A DNA stretch of 64,000 nucleotides from Dehalococcoidia bacterium. Lineage in GTDB: Bacteria; Chloroflexota; Dehalococcoidia; UBA2979. Below are positions 10,120 to 20,071 of this stretch, piece by piece. The stretch is from positions 480,001 through 544,000 of the forward strand of contig OZ253555.1 of NCBI GenBank assembly GCA_965262725.1, written 5' to 3'. A model generated the notes under the pieces. The model worked only from the letters and a program-made list of their open reading frames with translations. It was not told where the DNA came from and searched no databases. The position numbers and the translations under genes are program-made. Position 1 is the stretch's first letter; every line of letters begins with the position of its first letter.

Positions 10120-11022
10120 ATGGCGCGCGCCTGGGGCCGCCTTCTGACCGCGATGGTGACGCCCTTCACCGAGGACGGCGCCGTCGACGAGGCGCGCTCA
10201 GGCGAGCTGGCGCGGGCGCTGCTCGACTCGGGCTCGGATGGCCTCGTTCTCACCGGCACCACCGGCGAGTGCCCGACCCTCAGCATCGAGGAGCAGGTCG
10301 GTGTGTGGCGCGCCGTGCGCTCCGCCGTCGGCACGGAGGCGCAGCTCGTCGCTGGGGCCTCGACCAACTCGACGGCTGAGTCCCTCGAGATGGTGGAGGA
10401 GGGCGTCGGTGCCGGCGTCGACGCGCTGATGCTCACCGTCCCCTACTACAACAAGCCGTCGCAGGCGGGACTCGTGCGCCACTTCTCCCTACTCGCTCAG
10501 GCGACGCCGCTCCCCTGCATCCTCTACAACGTCCCGTCGCGGACGGCCGTCAACATGACCGCCGAGACGACGGCACGACTCGCCGAGGTCCCGAACATCG
10601 TCGGCGTCAAGGAGGCGTCGGGCGACCTCGCGCAGGTAGCGGAGATCATCGAACGCACGGCCCTGACGGACTTCCGTGTCTGGTCGGGGAACGACGCCGA
10701 CACGCTGCCGCTGCTCGCGGTCGGCGGCTACGGCGTGGTCTCCGTCGCCTCGCACCTCGTGGGGTGGCAGATCGCCCGGATGATCGAGGCGGCGCTGTCA
10801 GGCCGCACCGGGGAGGCGGCGACCGTCCACCGCCGCCTCGCCCCGCTCGTGGACTCCCTCTTCATCGAGAGCAACCCGGCGCCGGTGAAGTTCGCGCTGA
10901 ACGAGATCGGCTTTCACGTGGGGCCGCTCCGGCTTCCGCTCGTCCAGCCCTCGGAGGCCTCGCAGGCGCGCATCCGAGGCGAGCTCGCCCGCCACAGCAT
11001 CGACCTGCCGGTCCCCGCGTAG
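10120..11022 (+). CDS. dapA: 4-hydroxy-tetrahydrodipicolinate synthase
   Basis: TAMVTPF, GTTGE, PYYNKP, LYNVPSRT, GVKEASG, SGND. Confidence 0.95.
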   Translation: MARAWGRLLTAMVTPFTEDGAVDEARSGELARALLDSGSDGLVLTGTTGECPTLSIEEQVGVWRAVRSAVGTEAQLVAGASTNSTAESLEMVEEGVGAGVDALMLTVPYYNKPSQAGLVRHFSLLAQATPLPCILYNVPSRTAVNMTAETTARLAEVPNIVGVKEASGDLAQVAEIIERTALTDFRVWSGNDADTLPLLAVGGYGVVSVASHLVGWQIARMIEAALSGRTGEAATVHRRLAPLVDSLFIESNPAPVKFALNEIGFHVGPLRLPLVQPSEASQARIRGELARHSIDLPVPA

Positions 11023-11251
11023 GCACCGGCCTCGCCACACGCGACGCGAGGCTCACCACCGCGCGGCAGCGCGGGCTCCGGCACGAACTGCCGGGCCGGA
11101 GCCCCGCCGCGCTGGCGCCCGGCGCGACGATCACACCCCCGGGACCGACGGTGCTCTGTCGGGAGCGCTCGCCGAGGGCGGGGGCCCCGCGCGCGGCTCC
11201 CCGGGTTCCCCTTGGGGGGACGGGTCTGTCAGCTCGACTCGGCGACGCGGT

Positions 11252-14200
11252 CTACCGCAGGGGCGGCGCGACCTCGGCGCGGTATGCCTCGAACGCCGAG
11301 TCGAAGTCCGTGACGCTCAGGCCGAACGCAGCCTCGAACGCCTCCTGCCAGTTCGCCGACGAGGCGCGCGCGCGGTAGTACTCGACGATGGCGGGTTCGC
11401 CTGCGCGCTCGGCGAGCCACTCGCCCGCCAGGAACGCCAGCGCTCTCGCGTCCCAGTACCCGGCAGCGGTGGCGTCGTCGTAGGTCTCGAGGCTGCTCAG
11501 GCGTTGCGCGAGACGACTCGCGCGCACGATCTGGCCACGCCGGATCTCATCCCAGGTCCACCTCCCCGCCTCCACCCGGTAGGTCTCTTCCAGGTAGCTG
11601 TCCGTGGCGAGGAGCAACCAGCGGGGGCCCCGGCGGTCGTGCCCGTCGGGTGCCTCGGGCAGAGCCGCCCAGGGCGCCAGCCGTACCCGGATGGCGTCCC
11701 AGTGGTAGCGGTCGATGAGGTGCGGGGGTGCGTCGCGGCAGGTCATGTCGATGGTCGCGACCACGCCGACACGTGCCCGGCTGCAGAAGTCCTCCGGCAA
11801 CTCCGTCCCGTACACGCGCAGGTGGACCGCGGCGAGCGCCTCGCCGCCCCCGACGTAGACCGTGTGGTCCGCCGTCCCCGCAGCGAAGCGCTCGCTGAAG
11901 AAGGTCTGCACCTGCTCGAACGTGGCGCGAACGGCCGCCTCCTCCTCTGGCGACAGCTCGCCCAGGAGCACGAGGACGGGCTCCTCACTGTCGTCGGTGA
12001 GGTGTGGCAGGGGCGGCGCGACCTCGGCGCGGTATGCCTCGAACGCCGAGTCGAAGTCCGTGACGCTCAGGCCGAACGCGGCCTCGAACGCCTCCTGCCA
12101 GTTCGCCGACGAGGCGAGCACGCGGTAGTACTCGACGATGGCGGGTTCGCCCGCGCGCTCGGCGAGCCACTCGCCCGCCAGGAACGCCAGCGCTCTCGCG
12201 TCCCAGTACCCGGCAGCGGTGGCGTCGTCGTAGGTCTCGAGGCTGTTCAGGCGTTGCGCGAGACGACTCGCGCGCACGATCTGGCCACGCCGGATCTCAT
12301 CCCAGGTCGCCCTCCCCGCCTCCACCCGGTAGGTCTCTTCCAGGTAGCTATCCGTGGCGAGGAGCAACCAGCGGGGGCCCCGGCGGTCGTGCCCGTCGGG
12401 TACCTCGGGCAGAGCCGCCCAGGGTGCCAGCCGTTCCCGGATGGCGTCCCAGTGGTAGCGGTCGATGAGGTGCGGGGGTGCGTCGCGGCAGGTCATGTCG
12501 ATGGTCGCGACCACGCCGACACGTGCCCGGCTGCAGAAGTCCTCCGGCAACTCCGTCCCGTACACGCGCAGGTGGACCGCGGCGAGCGCCTCGCCGCCCC
12601 CGACGTAGACCGTGTGGTCCGCGGTCCCCGCAGCGAAGCGCTCGCTGAAGAAGTTCTGCACCTGCTCGAATGTGGCGCGGACGGCTGCCTCCTCCTCTGG
12701 CGACAGCTCGCCCAGGAGCACGAGGACTGGCTCCTCGCTGTCGTCGGTGAGGTGTGGCAGCGGCGGCGCGACGGCGGCGCGGTAGAGCTCGAACGCCGAG
12801 TCGAAGTTCGTGACGCTCAGGCCGAACGCGGCCTCGAACGCCTCCTGCCAGTTCGCCGACGAGGGGAGCGCGCGGTAGTAGTCGACGATCGCGTGGTCGC
12901 CCGCGCGCTCGGCGAGCCACTCGCCCGCCAGGAATGCCAGCGCTCTCGCGTCCCAGTACCCGGCGGCGGTGGCGTCGTCATAGGTCTCGAGGCTGCTCAG
13001 GCGTTGTGCGAGACGACTCGCGCGCACGATCTGGCCACGCCGGATCTCATCCCAGGGCGCCCTCCCCGACTCCACCTGGTAGGCCTCTTCGAGGTAGCTA
13101 TCCGTCGCGAGAAGCAACCAGCGGGGTCCCCGGCGGTCGTGCCCGTCGGGTGCCTCGGGCAGAGCCGCCCAGGGCGCCAGCCGTTCCCGGATGGCGTCCC
13201 AGTGGTAGAGGTCGATGTAGTGCGGGGGTGCGTCGCGGCAGGTCGTGTCGATGGTCGCGACCACGCCGGCACGTGCCCGGCTGCAGAAGTCCTCCGGCAA
13301 CTCCGTCCCGTACACGCGCAGGTGGACCTCGGCGAGCGCCTCGCCGCCCCCGACGTAGACTGTGTGGTCTGCCGTCCCTGCCGCGAAGCGCTCGCTGAAG
13401 AAGGTCTGCACCTGCTCGAACGTGGCGCGGACGGCCGCCTCCTCCTCTGGCGACACCTCGCCCACGAGCACGAGGACGGGCTCGTCGCTGTCGTCGGTGA
13501 GGTGTGGCAGCGGCGGCGCGACAGCGGCGCGGTATGCCTCGAACTCCTCGTAAAAATCGCTGCTGCCGATGCCGAAGGCGGACTCGAATGCCTCCTCCCA
13601 TGTCCCGTCGCCCGACAGGGTCCTGAAGAAACCCAGGACGGCCTCTTCGCTGGAGTGGTCGACGAGCCAGTCCGCCGCGACAAATCCGAGGTGGTACCCG
13701 GGGGTCCCGGGAGAGAGGAATGCGTCGTACTCCTCGATCTCCTCCAGCGCCGGCGGAGTGAGCCCGATCAGTGCGGATATGTCGTTGCCGAGCTGGCGAT
13801 CGAGCTGCTCCGACAGCGTCAACTCGTCGGAGGTGACTCCGACGTACACCGCCGCGGCCCAGGATGCCGACCCCTCGATCATCCATGCCGGCCCGCGTCC
13901 CCGCCGGTGGCGGCTCAGGGACTGCTGGAGGATGTGGAAGTACTCGTGCGGGTAGGTGCCCGCGAAGATGCACTCCACCCGTGCGAACACGGCGCCGGAT
14001 CCGGCGTTTGCACACAGGTTCTCGGGGGGCGGGCCCCCTCGGACCTGAACGTACGTCTCGGTCAGGGATTCGAGGTCGCCGACGTAGCTTGAGAACGGCG
14101 CCTGGACGCCCCAGCGTTCCGCGAAGACGGCCCGGGTGTCATCCAGCCATCCGCGGATCTCGGCATGCCGCTCTTCCGGAACGTCGCCGAGGAACACGAC

Positions 14201-14883
14201 CGGCGCGGGTGCCCGTCCGGGCTGCCACCACCGCGCGTCCGCGGTCAGTTCGACGAACAGTCCGTCCCCGTGATCCAGCGCGGCGATGGCGCTCGAGGAG
14301 CGCTCGGCGCCGGGGCGGTACTGCTTGTACGCCTGCGTCTTTGCATCCCACTGCCAGGTACGGACCAGCGAATCGCCGAAGCGCGAGGTTGCCTCATCAA
14401 TCGCCGTTTCGTCGCGGCCTGCCCAGCCCACGAGATTCCGACCAGCCTGCAGCGAGAGCAGCACGCTGGTCGCCGAGGCGGGACGCGTCCACTGAAACGG
14501 CAGGTCCCCGCCCAGTTTCAGCCACAGCCCCATGCCGGGAGCGACGACCTCGAGGGCGTATCGGGGGATGCTGTTACGCCCCCTCCGCCGGTAACGCTGC
14601 TCGGCCGCGTCCCACGCGGAGACGAGCTCAAGCGCCGGGATTGCCTCGAAGAGGTCCGTGACCGGCGCCTCCGGCCCGAGCCAACCGACCATGTTCCAGC
14701 CGGGCTGGAGCACCGTCGTGACCGTCTCCGCCCCGGCCGCCTCCCCCGATTCCGCGGAGGCACGGGCGGGCGTGCCTGCAAGCGCGGCGCCGACCACGAG
14801 CACAGCGAGGGCGGCGCCCAGCACCCCCGCGTGGCAAGCCGCCGGCTACGCGCTCGGCGGGGAGCCCACGCGGCGATGGTCAT
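11252..14883 (-). CDS. Large secreted protein: paired GWNxVGW domains, one HExxH gluzincin-like domain, three degenerate 250-aa repeats
   Basis: ORF track gives 11252..14824 (GTG start). ATG at 14883 (MTIAAWAPRRARSRRLATRG) supplies the missing charged n-region if one base is added to the C5 run at 14824-14828. HEYFH...WMIEGSA motif. Confidence 0.7.
11255..13545 (-). repeat. Three near-identical 750-bp direct tandem repeats inside the CDS
   Basis: The ggtatgcctcgaac / ggtagagctcgaac junction recurs at 11281, 12031, 12781 and 13531 (exact 750-nt period). Confidence 0.95.
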
Positions 14884-15460
14884 CTTCCCGGGGGTGTTGC
14901 GGCGGCTCGTCGCGCAGGGAGAGCCACGCGGCCCAGTCGGCGCGCAGGCGGGCGCGGGCCTTCTCGTAGCCTCGACGGTCGCCGATGCCGCCGCCGAGGA
15001 TGCCGGCGAGCGCGCGCCCGCCGATGAAGAGGAAGAGCACGTAGCTGATGGTCGCGGCGATGAGGTTGTCGCGGAGCGGCGGGAGGCCCAGCACGAGTGC
15101 GAGGCCGCCTGCGATCGCGAGGCCGAGCCCCAGGTAGGCGAAGCCCGTCACGTAGGCGCGCTCCGTCTTGCGCTGTTGCCTGAGCATCGCCATCACCTCG
15201 TCGGGGACGGAGGCGATGGGGGCGCGGCCCGACTCCGTCTCCTCGCCGCAGTGCGGGCAGCGCGCACGCTCCGGCGACATCGGGGTGTAGCAGTGCCCGC
15301 AGAAGCGGCCGGCGCGCGGCTCGTCGCCGCGGCTGACCGCGACGAGGTGCTCCTCCAGCCGCTCGCTGAAGAGGGGGCAGTCGTCGTCGTGATCGAAGCG
15401 CCTCTCGCCCGAGCCGAGGCGGGAGCTCCCGCCGCCGAAGCGGCCCCGCAGGAGTCTCAT
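14846..15460 (-). CDS. Double zinc-ribbon membrane protein
   Basis: FCGHCY...RCPHCG followed by two TM helices; ATG at 15460. Confidence 0.7.
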   Translation of the reverse strand: MRLLRGRFGGGSSRLGSGERRFDHDDDCPLFSERLEEHLVAVSRGDEPRAGRFCGHCYTPMSPERARCPHCGEETESGRAPIASVPDEVMAMLRQQRKTERAYVTGFAYLGLGLAIAGGLALVLGLPPLRDNLIAATISYVLFLFIGGRALAGILGGGIGDRRGYEKARARLRADWAAWLSLRDEPPQHPREDDHRRVGSPPSA

Positions 15461-15503
15461 CTCGCCCCCGGTGCGCCCAGCACAGCGGTCCTGAGAGGGG
15501 CCA

Positions 15504-16016
15504 TCAGAAGGGAAGGTAGGCGTACTCGTGGTGCCCGAGCGCGACGCCGAGGGCGAGCACCGCGAGGGAGACCGCGACCGTCGCGCCGGAGACCCAGAGC
15601 GAGCGCCGCCGGAGGGACTGCAGCTCCGCATCCCCGCCGCCGGTCGTCCCCGCCGCGTCGAGGGCGCGCTGGATGCGCGGCCCGAGCCAGGCGGCGTGGA
15701 GGGCGATCAACGCAATCAGGACGAGGAAGAGCGTCATCTTCGCCATGAAGAGGGGGCCGAAGCGGAAGTCCGCCATCTCCTCCTGCACCGCCACGGGCAC
15801 GACCTCGTAGAACTGGTAGAGGCCGGTAATGGTCAGCGCGACGAGGGAGACGCCGGCGATCATCGCGAAGCGCCGGGTGACGATGCGCGTCACGCGGCTC
15901 CGGTCGCTGTCGGGGAGCTGCTGCGTCGCCGGGACCACGGCGAGGAAGAGCAGGAGCTGCGGGCCGACCAGGGCCGCGGCCGCCGTGACGTGCAGGATCA
16001 GCGAGAGGGTCTCCAT
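15504..16016 (-). CDS. CopD/DUF4149-like four-TM membrane protein
   Basis: METLSLILHVTAAAALVG...FMAKMTL...LHAAWLGPR; ATG at 16016 after GGGAGA. Confidence 0.65.
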   Translation of the reverse strand: METLSLILHVTAAAALVGPQLLLFLAVVPATQQLPDSDRSRVTRIVTRRFAMIAGVSLVALTITGLYQFYEVVPVAVQEEMADFRFGPLFMAKMTLFLVLIALIALHAAWLGPRIQRALDAAGTTGGGDAELQSLRRRSLWVSGATVAVSLAVLALGVALGHHEYAYLPF

Positions 16017-16042
16017 CGGCTGCTGTCTCCCTTCCCGGGTCT

Positions 16043-17365
16043 CTAGACGGCGCTCCCGAAGACGTCGCGGGTGACGATCGCCTGGTCGCGCTCCGGCCCG
16101 ACCGAGATCATGTCGACGGGGGCGCCGAGGATCTGCTCGATGCGCCTCACGAAGTGCCGCGCCTCCGTCGGGAGCGCGCCGAGCGAGCGCATGTCCGAGA
16201 CGTCGCGCTGCCAGCCGGGCAGCTCCTCGTAGATGGGCTTGAGCCGCTGCGTCGTGCTCAGCGAGGCGGGGAGCGTGCTGACGCGTCCGTCGTCGAGCTC
16301 GTAGGCGACGCAGATCTTCACGCGCTCGAAGCCGGAGAGCGTGTCGAGGCGCGTGAGCGCCACCGAGGTGATGCCGTTCAGCCGCGAGGTGTAGCGCGCG
16401 AGCACGCCGTCGAACCAGCCGCAGCGCCTGGGCCGGCCGGTCGTGGTGCCGTACTCGCCGGCTCCGCGCTCGGCTCCGTGGTTGCGCAGCCGCTCCGCGT
16501 TCTCGTCGAAGAGCTCGGTCGGCATCGGGCCGTTCCCGACCCGCGTCTGGTACGCCTTGTAGACCCCGACCACGCGCTCGATCGCCGTAGGTCCGAGCCC
16601 GATCCCGATAGAGGCGCCGCCCGCGACCGACCCCGGCACGGAGGAGGTGACGAAGGGGTAGGTGCCGGCGTCGAGGTCGAGGAGCGCCCCCTGCGCCCCC
16701 TCGAGCAGGATGCGCTCCCCCTGCTCGTGGGCTCGCTGCACCACGTCGGCCGAGTCGGCGACCCAGGGCCGGAGCCGGGCGCCGAGCTCTGAGTACTCCT
16801 CGTAGATCTCCTCGGCGTCGAGGGGCGGGGCGTCGTAGAGGCGCTCGAACACGTAGTTGTAGTGCTTTAGCTGGGCGTCGAGCCGGTGGCGGAAGAGCTC
16901 GGGCGTGACGAGGTCGATCATGCGGATGCCGGCCCGCCTCGCCTTGTCGACGAAGGCTGGCCCGGTGCCGGTTCCGGTGGTGCCGAGGGCGCCGTCGCCG
17001 CGCAGCTTCTCCTCGTACTGATCGAGGAGTGGATGCCACGGCATCACGACGTGCGCGCGGTCGGAGATCACCAGCCGCGACGTGTCGACGCCGCGCTCCT
17101 CCAGCATCGCTACCTCGTCGATCAGGGAGCCGGGGTGGATCACGACGCCGTTCCCGATCACGCAGGTCTTGTCGCCGTAGAAGATGCCCGCCGGAACCAG
17201 GTGCAACGCGAAGCGCCCGAGCTGGTTGACGATGGTGTGGCCGGCGTTGGTCCCGGCCGAGTAGCGTGCGATGACGGAGCAGCTGCGCGCGTGGTAGTCG
17301 ACCACGCGACCCTTGCCCTCGTCGCCCCACTGCCCGCCGATCACAACGACGGCTGGCATCGGCAT
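16043..17365 (-). CDS. purA: Adenylosuccinate synthetase
   Basis: GGQWGDEGKG, NAGHT, LGTTGTG, EGAQG, GTYPFVTSS, EYGTTTGRPRRCGWFD. Confidence 0.97.
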   Translation of the reverse strand: MPMPAVVVIGGQWGDEGKGRVVDYHARSCSVIARYSAGTNAGHTIVNQLGRFALHLVPAGIFYGDKTCVIGNGVVIHPGSLIDEVAMLEERGVDTSRLVISDRAHVVMPWHPLLDQYEEKLRGDGALGTTGTGTGPAFVDKARRAGIRMIDLVTPELFRHRLDAQLKHYNYVFERLYDAPPLDAEEIYEEYSELGARLRPWVADSADVVQRAHEQGERILLEGAQGALLDLDAGTYPFVTSSVPGSVAGGASIGIGLGPTAIERVVGVYKAYQTRVGNGPMPTELFDENAERLRNHGAERGAGEYGTTTGRPRRCGWFDGVLARYTSRLNGITSVALTRLDTLSGFERVKICVAYELDDGRVSTLPASLSTTQRLKPIYEELPGWQRDVSDMRSLGALPTEARHFVRRIEQILGAPVDMISVGPERDQAIVTRDVFGSAV

Positions 17366-17563
17366 CTCCCCGGTTCGACGCGTCCCGGACCCAGGCGTGA
17401 GGTGGCTCCCGCGCGGCGTCGGGAGGGCCAGCCGCCCCGCTCCGCCGCGCGCCGCCGGCGCGCCCGTTTGCGGCGTCGGCCTGCCGGGGAGGATCATACA
17501 TGCGCGGAGCCGCACCGGCCCGTGCCACCGGGCGCGGACGACGTCCGCCAGCAAGGGGGCACG

Positions 17564-18319
17564 GTGACCGGACCCGCCCTCTCATGTCTTCTCGCGTTGG
17601 CCGCAGCGCTCGCGATCGGTGCCGTGACCTCCTGCGGGGGCGGCGACCCGCCTCCGACGAGCCCGCTCGCCGAGACGCCGTCACCGCCGCGGCCCGCGTC
17701 GCCGACGCCCGTCGCGCTCGCCTCGCCCACCCCGACCGCCGCTCCCGCCACGTCGACGCCCACCCCCACACCCCCACCAGCGGCGCCGGCCCCGGCCCCG
17801 ACGCCCGCCGCCACGCCGTCCCCGCCCGCTATCGAGATCGCGTCCGCCCGCGCGGTTGCCCTGATGGCGGAGTGGCTCGACGTCGCGGTTGCAGCCCTGG
17901 GCGTCGAGCGTGCCGAGGAGGTCGTGTGGCCGTCACGGTGCATCGGCATCGAGCGCCCGGGGACGCTCTGCAGTGATGCCCTGACTCCCGGCTACCTGGT
18001 GCGACTCAACGACCGGGCTGGCGGCGCGCACACGCTGCATATGCGCGGCGCCGGTGGCGGCGTGGAGTGGGCGGGCGAGGAGCGCTTCACGGGCGTCGTC
18101 GTGTTCACGGACGGTCCCGGCTCGCTCCTCATCATCGCCGTCGACGGCGTTCCGACCCCATTCCGGATCGTCCCCGGGAGCACCCGGCTGAACGAGGATC
18201 CCGGCGCATCCACCCGGCCGGAGGCCGTTGCCGTGGGAGCGGAGGTCGAGTTCGCCGTCGATCCCAACCCGAGGGGCGACGGTCCGGCGGTGATCGCATG
18301 GCTCGTCGACCTCACGTAG
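17564..18319 (+). CDS. Lipoprotein with Pro/Thr-rich linker
   Basis: Lipobox VTSC; PT/PA linker; EEVVWPSRCIGIERPGTLCSDALTPGYLVRL motif. Confidence 0.7.
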   Translation: MTGPALSCLLALAAALAIGAVTSCGGGDPPPTSPLAETPSPPRPASPTPVALASPTPTAAPATSTPTPTPPPAAPAPAPTPAATPSPPAIEIASARAVALMAEWLDVAVAALGVERAEEVVWPSRCIGIERPGTLCSDALTPGYLVRLNDRAGGAHTLHMRGAGGGVEWAGEERFTGVVVFTDGPGSLLIIAVDGVPTPFRIVPGSTRLNEDPGASTRPEAVAVGAEVEFAVDPNPRGDGPAVIAWLVDLT

Positions 18320-18903
18320 CGGCGGGAGAGCCTGCCGCCTCTGGCGCACGCACGTCGTGGGCTAAGGTCGCCGCCGCGCTTCGCCCCGGATCACCCATCG
18401 TCGAGGTGAAGCGGCGCGTGGACGGGAGCGTCGAGCGTTTCCGCTGCGAGTTCGTGCGCGCGACGGCGTCTGAGGCGGTGATCCTCTACCGGCTCCGCCG
18501 CCCGGCCTGGGGTCTCCCGGCGCCGCTTCTCTCCTACGGCTTCTTCTGGCCCCGGCGGCCGTATATCTGCTACCGCTTCGTACGCCCGGCGGACGGCGCC
18601 GAGGTGGCGTCCCGATTCGATGTGGTCGGGCGCGTGGAACTCGTGCCGCCGCCCCCCGGCGGGGGATCCGCCGAGGTTCGGTTCGAGGACCTGCTGCTCG
18701 ACCTCTGGGTGCGCCCGGGGGCAGGCCCCCGCGAGGGCGACGAGCTTCGCTGGGAGGACGAGGAGGAATTCGAGGCCGCGCTCGCCGAAGGCAGGATCGC
18801 CCCCGAGGCGGCCGCGCGGGTCATCCGCTCCCGCGAGGTCCTCCTCCGCAACCAGAGGCGGCTGCGCTCCATGCTCGGTGCGGAGCTCGAGCGCCTAGCG
18901 TAG
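18316..18903 (+). CDS. DUF402-like protein (start uncertain)
   Basis: VKRRVDG N-terminus; FEDLLLDLWV...WEDEEEFEAALAEG motif of the DUF402/FomD family. Confidence 0.6.
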   Translation, partial: VAAGEPAASGARTSWAKVAAALRPGSPIVEVKRRVDGSVERFRCEFVRATASEAVILYRLRRPAWGLPAPLLSYGFFWPRRPYICYRFVRPADGAEVASRFDVVGRVELVPPPPGGGSAEVRFEDLLLDLWVRPGAGPREGDELRWEDEEEFEAALAEGRIAPEAAARVIRSREVLLRNQRRLRSMLGAELERLA

Positions 18904-19180
18904 GAGGCGCGGCGAGTAGGTAACTGCCCCAGTTATCCCTTGGAACGAGGCGTTCGATAGGGTCACCGCAGCCCACTTGACCAGTTGATCGGTCATGTTG
19001 GCGTGATCCACGCGTGTCTGGTCACCGACCGCCGCAAAGTGCGCCACCGCGTGTGACTGCTCCGGGCGGAAGTCGGTCACGCGTCCCCGGGGCGCTCGTA
19101 GAGGGAGAACCAATGGCGCTCTTGCTCTCGCCACCCCAACACAGCCTCGCACCGTCCCTTCTTGCCGGACGGCCCGTCCC

Positions 19181-20071
19181 CTACGGCCGGGCGGATCCCT
19201 CTTCGCCCGTGGTGCGTCGGGCGCGCCGCACGCTGCGGCGGTCGACGCGGTTGCCGTCGGTCTCGCCGGACCAGCGGCCGGCGGCGCGCACGCGCTCCCA
19301 CTCCGCGATCACAGATCGTGCCGCCTCGATGCGCCCGGGGTCGGGCGTGAAGAGCGCGTTCACGCCCCGCGCCTCGCTCTCGGAGGTGATCACGCTGCCC
19401 GCCGCTCCCAGGTCGCGGGCGCGAGTGGCGAGCGCCTGGCGCACGGTGGGACCCGCGTCGGGGGCACCCAGGATCCACGGCAACTCCGCGACCCCGGCTG
19501 CGAGAGCAGCCTGGGCCATGATGTGGTCGAGGAGCGCCCAGACGGCATCGCGCGAGACGCCGGAGGCGGCCGCCGGGGTCGTCGCTCCGAGTTCGGAGGC
19601 GATCGCGAGCGGTGCGAGCACGACGGCGACGTGGCGGTCGACCGCTGTCAGGATCTGCGGCAGCGCGGCCAGGCCCGCTGCCGAGTCGATCTCGCAGAGC
19701 AGCCGGACCTGACCGGGGACGATTCCGCGCCGCATCTCGCGCCGCCGGATGGCGACATCGGCGTCTCGCGCGTCCTGTGGTTCCTCGCAGGCGGCAAGCA
19801 CCACCGCGGCGGTCGATTCCGAGACCGCGGCGTCGAGGTCGGCGCCGAGTTCCCCCGAGCGGGAGTCTGAGGTGCGCGCAAGCACCGGGCGTCCCGATTC
19901 CGCGAGTGCGGAGCGGTGGCGTCGAATCGCGCGTCGCGCGCGCGCGCGGCCGCGCGTCGTCGCGTCGTCGTCGAGGTCGATGAGCACGGCGTCCGCGGCC
20001 GTGGCACGCGTCGCCTCGTACGGTGCGTCTGCGCCGCCCGCAAGTCGCAGCAGGCTGCGGAGCGCGCTCAC
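19181..20071 (-). CDS. HpcH/HpaI aldolase / citrate lyase beta (CitE)-like protein, divergent
   Basis: DAVLIDLDD, DLDAAV, CEIDSAAG, ARDLG...NALFTPD; GTG overlaps the M16 stop. Confidence 0.65.
   Translation of the reverse strand: MSALRSLLRLAGGADAPYEATRATAADAVLIDLDDDATTRGRARARRAIRRHRSALAESGRPVLARTSDSRSGELGADLDAAVSESTAAVVLAACEEPQDARDADVAIRRREMRRGIVPGQVRLLCEIDSAAGLAALPQILTAVDRHVAVVLAPLAIASELGATTPAAASGVSRDAVWALLDHIMAQAALAAGVAELPWILGAPDAGPTVRQALATRARDLGAAGSVITSESEARGVNALFTPDPGRIEAARSVIAEWERVRAAGRWSGETDGNRVDRRSVRRARRTTGEEGSARP

Noticed and set aside
11255-13545. 750-bp repeats as DGR template/variable regions
   Set aside because: Differences are not adenine-specific, all copies are in frame within one CDS, and there is no RT in the window.
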